This document shows positions 8,957-17,838 of a DNA stretch of 64,000 nucleotides, piece by piece. The position numbers were made by a program, and so were the translations under genes. This stretch comes from an uncultured delta proteobacterium. GTDB lineage: Bacteria; Myxococcota; Myxococcia; Myxococcales; Myxococcaceae. The DNA is taken from NCBI GenBank assembly GCA_963713045.1, contig CAVQKE010000003.1, positions 704,001-768,000 of the forward strand, written 5' to 3'. Position 1 is the first letter of the stretch; each line of letters opens with the position of its first letter. The notes beneath the pieces were generated by a model, which did not search any database, was not told the DNA's origin, and worked only from the letters and a program-made list of their open reading frames with translations.

Positions 8957-10300
8957 GTGAAACGCTTGGCCTGGCTCTACAGTGTGGCTCTGCTGACATG
9001 CTGTGCGACCGCGTCGAAGATTGGGACGGCGGAAAGCACCGAAGCCGTCGAGAATCACGTCTATGCCCTGCCCGCTGACACCGTCCTCACCACCACCGAG
9101 AACGTCCTGGTCAAAAACGGCTTTCGGGTGGCCCGCCAGGGCAACCAACTGGGGACGGATTGGCGCCCGGAGGCCTCGGGCTCCCTCGCTGGGTACCGGG
9201 TGGTGGTTGACCCCATCGACGCGGACCACTGTACCGTCCAGGTGGAGATGGTGGCGGCGACTGCGCTGGGCTCCGGAGGCGGCGGCGGTGGTGGAGACAG
9301 TGCCCTCGACCCAGAGTTGTACAACACCCTGAATGAGCCCCCGCCCGGCCTGGTGGCCATGCCCCGCGGGCGAGATGACGCGTTTGAGTGGGCCCTGCTG
9401 CGGGCGCTCGACCCCAAGGCGGCGAAGGCCATCGCCGCCGGCGAGCAGCGCGAGGGCACAGCTGGCACCGACGGCGGAACGCCAACGCCGCTCGCCTCGG
9501 GCCCGGGGACGCCACTTCCGGGCGCGGGCGCGGCCACGTCGGCTCCCAGCTGTGGCCCGGCGGTGCCCGGCGCCGACGCCCTCAGCAATGGCCGGCGCCT
9601 GGTTCTGCTCGCCGCTGTGCCGGGGACGAATGAGATTCCAGCCTTCGTCGCCCAGCTGGCTTGCCAGGCCGCTACCCCGGGGGTGCCCACGGTGGTGGCC
9701 CTCCCACTGCTTCGGGCGGACCAAGATTGGGTGGACACCTACCTCTCCAGCACTGGCAAGCCGGCGGACCGGACCGCCTTTCTCCACGGCGCCCGCAGCT
9801 TCGCACCGGGCTCCACCGCAGCCAGCACCGCGGTGCTGGACTTGCTGGACAAGCTGCGCACGCTGCGTGACGCAGGATTGCCCCTGGGCGTCGTCACCTT
9901 CGACGAGCCGGCCACCACGCCCTCGCGCGAGAAGGCCCGAGCCTCCGGCATCGAAGCGCTGCGCCGGGCCGACTTGGAATCGCTGTTTGTGGTGGTGGTG
10001 GGCCAGGAGAGCGCCCGCACCAAGCTGCGGCCTGGCGAGGCTCCGGACCAAGCGCCCCTCGGCTTTTACCTCGCCCGATGGGGCCTGGCCCCCGTCGCCC
10101 TGGCGCTGCATACACCCGGGGGGCAGCACTGGGCCTGCGGCTCTGCAACCCACTGCGGTCCAGCGCCGGTCACCGCCCCGGCGCCTGGCCCAGGACAGCC
10201 CATCCCCTCGCTGGTGGTCAGCGCCAGCCCGGACGCCGAGGGCTTTCAAGGCAGTTACGCTGTCGGGCCGCTCACCGCGTCGCCGCCTCCCACCCTGTAG
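8957..10300 (+). CDS. Putative lipoprotein with C-terminal EreA/ChaN-like domain (degenerate motif)
   Basis: AGGAGG RBS at 8945-8950, GTG start, signal peptide MKRLAWLYSVALLTCC; LVLLAAVPGTNEIPAFV...ACQAA resembles the LLGExHGT segment of this fold. Confidence 0.6.
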   Translation: MKRLAWLYSVALLTCCATASKIGTAESTEAVENHVYALPADTVLTTTENVLVKNGFRVARQGNQLGTDWRPEASGSLAGYRVVVDPIDADHCTVQVEMVAATALGSGGGGGGGDSALDPELYNTLNEPPPGLVAMPRGRDDAFEWALLRALDPKAAKAIAAGEQREGTAGTDGGTPTPLASGPGTPLPGAGAATSAPSCGPAVPGADALSNGRRLVLLAAVPGTNEIPAFVAQLACQAATPGVPTVVALPLLRADQDWVDTYLSSTGKPADRTAFLHGARSFAPGSTAASTAVLDLLDKLRTLRDAGLPLGVVTFDEPATTPSREKARASGIEALRRADLESLFVVVVGQESARTKLRPGEAPDQAPLGFYLARWGLAPVALALHTPGGQHWACGSATHCGPAPVTAPAPGPGQPIPSLVVSASPDAEGFQGSYAVGPLTASPPPTL

Positions 10301-10312
10301 CCGGCACCACCT

Positions 10313-11095
10313 TTAGCCGGCGTTCCCGTCCGCGACCAGGACAGCCCGCGTCGGGCCAGCCACCGCCCGGTTGGTGGCGATGGTGTCTCCGCCAAAGGCC
10401 GTCCGCCGGCCCTGCCAGTCGCTGAAGACGCCGCCCGCCTCCTCCACAATGGGCTGCAGCGCCGCAGCGTCCCAGGGCGCCATCACCCCGTCCACCATCA
10501 CTTCCGCCCGGCCGGTGGCCACCAGCAGGTAGCCGTAGCAATCTCCCCAGGTGCGGACCTGCGCGGCTTCCTCCGTCAGGCGGCGCCAGCGGCGACGTTT
10601 GACGGCGTCCTGGCCGAAGCGCTCGTCGGTGGCGAGGACGGTGCTGTCGGCGAGTCGGGCCACCGCAGAGACGTGCGCCGGCGCGCCATTCCACCGGCAG
10701 CCGGCGCCGCGGGCGGCCACCACCAACTCATCGACGGCCGGAAAAAACGCCGCGCCGGCCAGCACCTGCTCCCCTTCCACCAGCGCCACCAGCGTCCCCC
10801 ACAACGGGACGCGGCGAATGAAGGTTTTCGTCCCGTCAATCGGGTCCACCAGCCAGCGCCGCGGCGCCTCGGGCCGCAGCTCGCCGAGTTCCTCGCCCAC
10901 AATGCCGTCCTTGGGAAAGCGCGCCTCGAGCCAGCTGCGGACCGCCTCCTCAGCCTGGCGGTCGGCCACGGACACCGGCGTCCCGTCCTGCTTCGTCTCC
11001 ACCACCACCCCAGCACGGTAATGGCGCAGAGCCACCCCCCCGGCCAGGCGGGCCGCCGCCTCCGCCGCCTGCATCCACTCGGACTGCTCGCTCAA
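10313..11095 (-). CDS. hisN: Histidinol-phosphatase, inositol monophosphatase family
   Basis: TKQDGTPVSVADRQAE, GEE, WLVDPIDGTKTF, RTWGDCYGY and PWDAAA motifs. Confidence 0.85.
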   Translation of the reverse strand: MSEQSEWMQAAEAAARLAGGVALRHYRAGVVVETKQDGTPVSVADRQAEEAVRSWLEARFPKDGIVGEELGELRPEAPRRWLVDPIDGTKTFIRRVPLWGTLVALVEGEQVLAGAAFFPAVDELVVAARGAGCRWNGAPAHVSAVARLADSTVLATDERFGQDAVKRRRWRRLTEEAAQVRTWGDCYGYLLVATGRAEVMVDGVMAPWDAAALQPIVEEAGGVFSDWQGRRTAFGGDTIATNRAVAGPTRAVLVADGNAG

Positions 11096-11141
11096 CGTGG
11101 CCCTCCCTACCCGCCCGCGCCGTCTTCAGCGACGGGCCCCT

Positions 11142-12284
11142 TCAGGCATGCCCGAGTGCTTGCTTCAAGTCGTCTAAAAGGTCTGAGGCATCCTCAATCC
11201 CCACCGAGAGGCGGATGAGGCCATCGGTAATGCCCAGCTTGGCCCGGTTTTCGGGCGGTACCGAGGCGTGCGTCATGATGGCGGGATGCTCAATCAGGCT
11301 TTCCACACCACCGAGGGACTCGGCGCAGGAAAACACGCGGCAGGCGGCGAGGAAGGCGCGGGCGGCGGGCAGTCCCCCCACAATCTCAAACGTCATCATC
11401 CCCCCGAAGCCCTTCATCTGCCGCTTGGCCAGCGCGTGCTGGGGGTGGCTGGTCAGCCCGGGGTACCGGACGTGCCCGGCTTTGGGATGGCCTGAGAGAA
11501 ATTCCGCCACCCGGAAGGCATTTTCTTGGTGGCGGGCCATGCGGACGCCCAGCGTCTTCACCCCGCGCAGCACGAGAAAGCTGTCCAAGGCGGAAGGGAC
11601 GGCGCCCACCGCATTTTGCAAAAACCCAATCCGTTGAGCGAAGTCACTGTTGGATGTGCCGACGAAGCCGCCCACCACGTCGCTGTGGCCATTGAGGTAC
11701 TTGGTGGTGGAGTGCAGCACCAGGTCGATGCCGTATTCCAGCGGGCGCTGGAAGTAGGGGGACATGAAGGTGTTGTCACAGACGGACAGCACCCCCCGCT
11801 TGCGCGACAGCTCCGCCACCGCCGCCAAGTCCACCAGCTTCAGCATCGGGTTGGTGGGCGTCTCCACCCAGACCAGCTTCGTCCTCGGTGTGAGGGCAGC
11901 TTCGAAGGCCTCGGGCCGAGAGAGGTCGACGAAGCTGAAGCTGAGGCCGAGGCGCTTGAAGACTTGGTCGAAGAGGCGAAACGTCCCCCCGTAGACATCA
12001 TCACTGCACACGACGTGGTCCCCGGCGTCCAGCAGGTGCATCAAGCAGTCGGTGGCCGCGCACCCGGAGGCGAAGGCAAAGCCGTGAGAGGCGCCCTCCA
12101 AGGCTGCGAGGCAACTTTCCAGCGCGGTGCGGGTGGGGTTCCGCGTCCGACTGTATTCGTACCCCTTGTGCTGGCCCGGGCCCGACTGGACGTAGGTGGA
12201 GGAGAGGTAGACGGGCGTCATGATGGCGCCGGTGGTGGGGTCCGGCTGCTGGCCGGCGTGGATGGCGAGGGTGTCAAAGCGCAT
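11142..12284 (-). CDS. Cystathionine gamma-lyase/synthase (Cys/Met metabolism PLP enzyme)
   Basis: YEYSRTRNPT, FASG, DDVYGGT, ETPTNP, HSTTKYLNGHSD (PLP lysine), AESLGGVESL and RLSVGIE motifs. Confidence 0.93.
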   Translation of the reverse strand: MRFDTLAIHAGQQPDPTTGAIMTPVYLSSTYVQSGPGQHKGYEYSRTRNPTRTALESCLAALEGASHGFAFASGCAATDCLMHLLDAGDHVVCSDDVYGGTFRLFDQVFKRLGLSFSFVDLSRPEAFEAALTPRTKLVWVETPTNPMLKLVDLAAVAELSRKRGVLSVCDNTFMSPYFQRPLEYGIDLVLHSTTKYLNGHSDVVGGFVGTSNSDFAQRIGFLQNAVGAVPSALDSFLVLRGVKTLGVRMARHQENAFRVAEFLSGHPKAGHVRYPGLTSHPQHALAKRQMKGFGGMMTFEIVGGLPAARAFLAACRVFSCAESLGGVESLIEHPAIMTHASVPPENRAKLGITDGLIRLSVGIEDASDLLDDLKQALGHA

Positions 12285-12448
12285 GGCGTGGCCAACACAC
12301 CAGAAAGCCCCTTCCCTGTCAGCCTCCCCCTGGCAGGGGCCTTCCCCCAGCTGGGCCATGCACCGACGCGGCTGAGCCGCTACAAGGGCCCCACCGGAGA
12401 GCGCAGCGAAGCGCGCCCTCCCCCACCGTTGCCTGTAGGAGGTCCGCC

Positions 12449-13357
12449 ATGTCCTCTGCGCCCGCCGCCGCCAGTGGAAGCTTTCTCCTCGGTGGTGACC
12501 TCAGCGTCACCCGCCTGGGCTTTGGTTCCATGCGCCTCACCGGCCGGGGCATTTGGGGAGAGCCGCCCGACCGCGAGAAGGCCAAGGCCGTGCTTCGCCG
12601 GGCGCTGGAGCTCGGCGTCAACCTCATCGACACCGCGGACGCCTATGGGCCGGAGGTGGCGGAACGCCTTCTGGCCGAGGCGCTCTACCCCTACCCGCAG
12701 GGCCTGGTCATCGCCACCAAGGGAGGCCTGACGCGCTCCGGCCCGGACCGGTGGGAGCGCGATTGCCGGCCCGAGCACCTCATCGCCGCGTGCGAGGCAA
12801 GCTTGCGGCGGCTGCGGCTGGCGCGCATTGACGTCTACCAGCTGCACGCCGTCGACTCGAAAGTCCCCTTCCTCGACTCGCTGGGGGCACTGGTGCGGCT
12901 GAAGGAGCAGGGCAAAGTGCGCCACATTGGCCTGTCCAACGTCACCGCCGAGCAGCTGCAGCAAGCGCGCAGCGTGGCTCCCATTGTCTCGGTGCAAAAC
13001 CGGTACAGCTTGAGCGACCGCAGCGCCGAGCCCGTCCTCACCGACTGTGAGCGCGCCTCGATTGGCTTCCTCCCCTGGTACCCGCTGGCCGCCGGCGAGC
13101 TGAGCCGTCCGGGCGGGCCTTTGGACAGCGTCGCCCAAGCCCACCAGGCCACCCCTGGGCAGGTGGCGCTCGCCTGGCTGCTGCGGCGCTCGCCCGTCAT
13201 GCTGCCCATTCCGGGCACTTCCTCCATTGCCCACCTGGAGGAGAATGTGGCCGCGGCCGCCCTCCGGCTGACCGAGCAGGAGTGGCAGACTCTCGGCCGG
13301 CGCCCAGGCCGCCAAACCCTGAGGGCCGCCGCGTCACCGGTTCGTCACGGTCGGTAA
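12449..13357 (+). CDS. Aldo/keto reductase
   Basis: RLGFGSMRLTG, IDTADAYGP, IATKGG, IDVYQLH, IGLSNV and IPGTSS motifs; AGGAGG RBS. Confidence 0.93.
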   Translation: MSSAPAAASGSFLLGGDLSVTRLGFGSMRLTGRGIWGEPPDREKAKAVLRRALELGVNLIDTADAYGPEVAERLLAEALYPYPQGLVIATKGGLTRSGPDRWERDCRPEHLIAACEASLRRLRLARIDVYQLHAVDSKVPFLDSLGALVRLKEQGKVRHIGLSNVTAEQLQQARSVAPIVSVQNRYSLSDRSAEPVLTDCERASIGFLPWYPLAAGELSRPGGPLDSVAQAHQATPGQVALAWLLRRSPVMLPIPGTSSIAHLEENVAAAALRLTEQEWQTLGRRPGRQTLRAAASPVRHGR

Positions 13358-13401
13358 ACTTGCGGCGTGGACCTCCTTCTCGCCACGCTGCGCTCCCAGG
13401 C

Positions 13402-14313
13402 ATGGCCGCTCCCCGACCCGTGCGAGGCCTTCGGGCCTCCACCCGCCTCTTCGACGCGGCGCCCGTCTTTTTGGCCGCGCGCCAATCCGACGTCAGCCGT
13501 CAGTGCGCAGCGGTGTCCGAGCGCTTGTCGCCTGAGCGGGTGCATGACTTGCGCGTCGCCCTTCGCCGGCTGCGCGGCGCCATTCGCCTCTTCGGCAGGG
13601 GCAAGCCGGTGCGCCGCGCCAATGAGGAAGCCCGGGGCTTTCAAACGGCGCTTGGCCCGCTGCGGGACTTGCAGGTGCAGCTGGCCGGACTCTCGAAGCT
13701 GTTGCGGAAACTTCCGCCCGAGGAGGCCGCCGTCGTGGTGCACGTGCGCACCACGCTCGGCGCGACACGGGGCGCGGCGGTGGAAGCAGCCCGGGCCGCC
13801 CTTCAGCGCTGGGCGAAACGGGGCACCCGCGCGCTGGCCGCGCTGGAGGGGCTACGTCCCAAGGGACGGCTTGGCGGACACCGCGTGCGCAAGCGGCTGG
13901 TCCGCCAACTGGAGAGGGTGGAGGAGTGCGCCCAAGCGGCGCTGGCCGACCCCGGGCCGGCGCCGATGCACCAGCTCCGCATTGCACTGAAGCGCTTTCG
14001 CTACGGGCTCGAATTTCTGGAGCCGGCGATCCCCGACGAAACGGCGGAAATCCGCAACGAGGTGGTTCAGCTGCAGACGGCGCTCGGCGAGTTGCATGAC
14101 TTGGACATTCAAATCGCGCTGGTCGACCAGCATGCCTCGCTGGAGTCACTGCCGGCGGCCGCCGACGTGCTGCGCCGTCTCAAGGCCGATCGCGAGCGGC
14201 TGGGGGCCACCCTGTTGGCGGTCCTCATCCACTGGGAGGAAGAGGCGAGCGCACTGAGGGCGCAGGTGCTCCTCGGCTCGAGCCCAGTCCGCATTCACGG
14301 GCGGATGGGTTAG
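13402..14313 (+). CDS. CHAD-domain protein (polyphosphate-binding family)
   Basis: VHDLRVALRRLR, LGPLRDLQV, HQLRIALKRFRY and LQTALGELHDLD motifs. Confidence 0.88.
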   Translation: MAAPRPVRGLRASTRLFDAAPVFLAARQSDVSRQCAAVSERLSPERVHDLRVALRRLRGAIRLFGRGKPVRRANEEARGFQTALGPLRDLQVQLAGLSKLLRKLPPEEAAVVVHVRTTLGATRGAAVEAARAALQRWAKRGTRALAALEGLRPKGRLGGHRVRKRLVRQLERVEECAQAALADPGPAPMHQLRIALKRFRYGLEFLEPAIPDETAEIRNEVVQLQTALGELHDLDIQIALVDQHASLESLPAAADVLRRLKADRERLGATLLAVLIHWEEEASALRAQVLLGSSPVRIHGRMG

Positions 14314-14349
14314 CAGCCGGTGGCCATCGGCCCCGTCAACGGGGCTTGG

Positions 14350-14823
14350 CTACATCGCGACCAGCAGGGTTTCCAACCGGTCGTAGCTTGCCGCAACGCC
14401 GCTCGCCATGCCGGACTTGAGAGCACCGTCACGGACCTGCTTCGAGGGGAAAAGCACGGTCATGGTGAGGGTGGTTTGGCCGCCTTCTTCCATCAGCGTG
14501 CCGGTCACCAGGGATTGCTCCGGGTAGCCCTCCATCAATTCGAGGTGCACGATTTTCGCCGGTGGGACGATTTCCTGAAAGACGCCGCTCAGCCACAGCG
14601 TCCTTCCGTCCGGGTGCTTCCAGTCGTAGCGAAAGGCGCCGCCGACGCGAAAGTCGATTTGGCAGCGCACCATCGCCCAGCCCGGCGGTCCGAGGAGCCA
14701 GCGCTGGACCAGGGCTGGCTCCGTCATGGCCTTGAAGACCAGGACTCGCGGGGCCCGGAATGTCCGGGTCATGACCACTTCCCGCTCCCCCCGTGGGGTC
14801 ACTCCCAGGGTGCCGTCCTTCAT
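14350..14823 (-). CDS. SRPBCC/AHSA1-family ligand-binding protein
   Basis: EVVMTRTFRAPRVLVFKAMTEP, DFRVGGAFRY and SGMASGVAASYDRL motifs; start overlaps the arsR stop (ATGA). Confidence 0.9.
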   Translation of the reverse strand: MKDGTLGVTPRGEREVVMTRTFRAPRVLVFKAMTEPALVQRWLLGPPGWAMVRCQIDFRVGGAFRYDWKHPDGRTLWLSGVFQEIVPPAKIVHLELMEGYPEQSLVTGTLMEEGGQTTLTMTVLFPSKQVRDGALKSGMASGVAASYDRLETLLVAM

Positions 14824-15182
14824 CGCCGCGCTCCTTTTCGTTTGGGGTTTGCTTCCTTCTTGTGCTGCAACTCCTCCAGCAGTCGGTCGAGGCGCCGGAA
14901 ACTGGCCTCCCAGAATTCGCGGTAATGCAACAGCCAGCTGCTGGCCTCGGCCAGCGGCTGCGCCTGCAGTCGGCAGGGCCGACGCTGCGCCTCGCGTCCT
15001 CGGGAGACGAGCCCCGCCCGCTCGAGCACCTTCAAATGCCTGGAAATGGCGGGCTGACTGATGGCGAAGGGCTTGGCCAGCTGCATGACGGAGGTTTCGC
15101 CCAGCGCCAGCCGAGCGAGAATTGCCCGGCGCGTCGGGTCGGCCAGTGCCTGAAAGGTGCTGTCCAAGGCGGTGGCCTTCAT
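14820..15182 (-). CDS. ArsR/SmtB-family transcriptional repressor
   Basis: FQALADPTRRAILARL, ISQPAISRHLKVLERAGLV and FWEASFRRLD motifs. Confidence 0.92.
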   Translation of the reverse strand: MKATALDSTFQALADPTRRAILARLALGETSVMQLAKPFAISQPAISRHLKVLERAGLVSRGREAQRRPCRLQAQPLAEASSWLLHYREFWEASFRRLDRLLEELQHKKEANPKRKGARR

Positions 15183-15316
15183 GCGGACCCGAAGACAAGG
15201 AAGGCGATGCCCCGGGGCGAGACCCGGCCCACGCCGGGGAGCGAGACAACCGGGACTTCGGCCCCCAGCGCCTCGGCCTGCCGTTCTCCGTCGGGGGCAG
15301 TGCGCATGGCGGTCAT
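15179..15316 (-). CDS. Putative 45-aa small protein preceding arsR
   Basis: GAGGGG RBS, then ATG at 15316; stop overlaps the arsR ATG (ATGA); lies between the operator/promoter and arsR. Confidence 0.45.
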   Translation of the reverse strand: MTAMRTAPDGERQAEALGAEVPVVSLPGVGRVSPRGIAFLVFGSA

Positions 15317-15349
15317 CGCGGAGACCCCTCGTTCGTCGACGAAAACCAT

Positions 15350-15400
15350 CTTGTTATATAACATTTAAGTTATATACAAGGCATTCTTTCCATCCGTCAA
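15350..15400 (-). promoter_or_regulatory. Sigma70-like promoter with overlapping ArsR operator
   Basis: Perfect inverted repeat TATATAAC-N6-GTTATATA (15355-15376), extended by CTTG/CAAG; -35 TTGACG at 15400-15395 on the minus strand; an AT-rich island in GC-rich DNA. Confidence 0.75.
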
Positions 15401-15413
15401 GGGGGGTGAACTG

Positions 15414-15447
15414 AAAAAAAAGGGGGGGGCCAAACCCGCCTGGACCC
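15414..15447 (-). terminator. Probable intrinsic terminator after the OPT gene
   Basis: On the minus strand, an imperfect GC stem (GGGTCCAGG...TTTGGCCC) followed by a C run and T8 immediately after the OPT stop. Confidence 0.45.
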
Positions 15448-17681
15448 TAGGCGGACTTCGGACGGCGCGAGGCCACCCAGTACAGAAGCCAGGTCAGCGC
15501 CAGCAGCGGGAGGATGGACCAGGTGGCGGAGGCTTCAATGGCCTCGCCGCGGGCCTCGCCAAACAGCTTGTAGGAGAGCTCCAGCCCCCAATGCTTGAGC
15601 AGCGTCACCTGGCGCGGCAGCCCGTCTGGGCCAGGCACCGTCGTGTCCAGGCCTTCCAGGGCGGCGGAGAGGAGTCCCACCAGGGCACCTCCGGCAATCA
15701 GGCCTGAGGCGAAGAGGACGCCCGGGGAGGATTCGGATTCCTCCGCCGACACCCTGGTGCGCTTGTCGGCCAGCCAGCGGGCAATGCCGCCCAGCCAAAT
15801 GGTGGCCGAGGTGGACAGCGGCAGGTAGGCCCCCACCGCGAAGGGAAGCACCGAGACGCCGCACAAGTCCAGAAGCAGCGCCAAGAAGACGCCGATGAGC
15901 ACCAGGCTCCAAGGGAGGTTGCGCTCCAGCACGCCGTCGATGATGAGTTGGAAGAGACGGGCCTTCGGCGCGTCAAACTTCGACACCACCTTCTCCACCG
16001 AGCCGTCCTCCCGGCGCTGCACCGGCTCCACGCCGGACACTCCCGGGTCGGCCAGAAATGCAATTCGGTTGTCGCGGCCCACCAGGTACTTCCCACGCGG
16101 CACGCCCTGGACTTCGTTGCGGACGTACATCAGGCGGTAGTCCACTCCGCGGAAGCTGTAGGGCTTCGGGGCGAAGGCCACCAAGTCGCCGCCGACGGAG
16201 GTGGCCACCGCCTCGGTGGCGACGAAACTCGGGTAGCTGCGTGGGACGTAGGTGGTGGCCGCCCGGTTGAGCGCCACCAGGGTAAAGCCAATGACCAGCG
16301 CGCTGGTGAGCACCCCAACCATGATGGCGATTTGCTGGTTGCGCGGCGTCGCGCCCACCAAGAAGCCCGTCTTCAGGTCCTGCGACGTCGTCCCGCCATT
16401 GCTGGCGGCGACGCACACCAGAGCCGCGGTGCAGAGGGCCATTTCTTTGTAGGGAACGCCGGTCCAGCCCACCGCCAGGAAGAGGAGGCAGGTGATGAGA
16501 AGGGTGGCCACCGTCATTCCGGAGATGGGGTTGGAGGAACTTCCAATCTCCCCGGTGATGCGGCTGGAGACGGTGGTGAAGAAGAAGCCGAACAGGACAA
16601 TGAGGACTGCCGAGAGGGCGTTGATGCCCAGCGAAGGGGCCAAGGCGATGGCCACCACCAGCGCCAGGGTGCCGCCGAGGACGATGCGCATCGACAAGTC
16701 CTGCTCGGTCCGGGGCACGGCGGCGGAGGGCTTGTCAGAGCCAAAGTTGACGTTGCCCAGCCCGCGCCGGAAGGCAGCGAGAATGGTGGGCAGCGAACGC
16801 ACCAGAGTCAGCACCCCGCCGGCCGCCACCGCCCCGGCACCAATGTAGAGAACGAAGGCGTTGCGGATTTGTCCGCTGCTCATCGCACTCACCGGAGTGC
16901 CCACCCCGTAGAGCGCTGACGTCATGGTGGGGCCAAACAGGGTAATCAAGGGGATGAGGACCAGAAAGGACAGCATGCCTCCGGCCATCATGATGTTGGA
17001 GGTGCGGGTGCCGATGATGTAGCCCACCCCCACCAGCGCGGGGTTGGCCTCGAAGGACATGGAACCGCCCTTGAACCAGCGGCTGAAATTCCAGGTGGGG
17101 TACTCGCCCCAGAATTTAAAAATCTTCCCGAACGTATAGAAGAGGGCACCGATGCCGAGGCCGCCGAACACCGTCCGCGCGCTGGTGCCACCCTTCTCGC
17201 CGACAATGAGGACTTCGGCGCAGGCGGTCCCCTCCGGGTAGGTGAGGTGGCCGTGCTCCTTGACGATGAGGCCGTAGCGCAACGGAATCATCATCAGCAC
17301 GCCCAGCGCCCCACCCAAAAGCGCCACCAGCGTCGCCCGCAGGGCATTCATCTCGAAGCCCATCAGCAGCAGGGAAGGCAGCGTGAAGGCCACCCCCGCC
17401 GCCAGCGACTCGCCGGCCGAACCGGTGGTCTGAACAATGTTGTTTTCGAGGATGGTGGCCTTACCGAAGGCACGGAAGATGGTGATGGACAGCACGGCGA
17501 TGGGGATGCTGGCCGAGACGGTGAGCCCCACCTTGAGGCCGAGGTAGACACTGGAAGCGGCGAAGATGATGCCGAGGAGCGAGCCCACCACCAGGCCCCG
17601 CACCGTGAGTTCGGTCATCACCGTTTCGGCGGGGACGTACGGACGGTACGAAACGGCCGCGGCGGCTTCCCGATTGTCCAT
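15447..17681 (-). CDS. OPT-family oligopeptide transporter
   Basis: ELTVRG, YLGLKVGLTVSASIP, ENNIVQTTGSAGES, YPEGTACA, SSSNPISGMT and SQDLKTGFLVGATP motifs; many TM segments. Confidence 0.93.
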   Translation of the reverse strand: MDNREAAAAVSYRPYVPAETVMTELTVRGLVVGSLLGIIFAASSVYLGLKVGLTVSASIPIAVLSITIFRAFGKATILENNIVQTTGSAGESLAAGVAFTLPSLLLMGFEMNALRATLVALLGGALGVLMMIPLRYGLIVKEHGHLTYPEGTACAEVLIVGEKGGTSARTVFGGLGIGALFYTFGKIFKFWGEYPTWNFSRWFKGGSMSFEANPALVGVGYIIGTRTSNIMMAGGMLSFLVLIPLITLFGPTMTSALYGVGTPVSAMSSGQIRNAFVLYIGAGAVAAGGVLTLVRSLPTILAAFRRGLGNVNFGSDKPSAAVPRTEQDLSMRIVLGGTLALVVAIALAPSLGINALSAVLIVLFGFFFTTVSSRITGEIGSSSNPISGMTVATLLITCLLFLAVGWTGVPYKEMALCTAALVCVAASNGGTTSQDLKTGFLVGATPRNQQIAIMVGVLTSALVIGFTLVALNRAATTYVPRSYPSFVATEAVATSVGGDLVAFAPKPYSFRGVDYRLMYVRNEVQGVPRGKYLVGRDNRIAFLADPGVSGVEPVQRREDGSVEKVVSKFDAPKARLFQLIIDGVLERNLPWSLVLIGVFLALLLDLCGVSVLPFAVGAYLPLSTSATIWLGGIARWLADKRTRVSAEESESSPGVLFASGLIAGGALVGLLSAALEGLDTTVPGPDGLPRQVTLLKHWGLELSYKLFGEARGEAIEASATWSILPLLALTWLLYWVASRRPKSA

Positions 17682-17838
17682 AGAGGCCCCAGAGGCTGGG
17701 GGAGGCAGCCTGGCCTGTCAACGACGGATGCACCGGGAGCCCGCACTTTCTACATGCGTCGGCCGGCCAGGGCTCGCCAAAGGGGGACCCCTGGCGCGCA
17801 CGTCCCCCTGCGTGCGAGGAACGCTGCGCAAGCCCACC

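Noticed and set aside
12285..12360. GC hairpin upstream of the cystathionine gamma-lyase gene, considered as a SAM riboswitch
   Set aside because: No recognisable SAM-I/II conserved sequence elements; a single GC-rich stem is weak evidence. An Rfam search would settle it.
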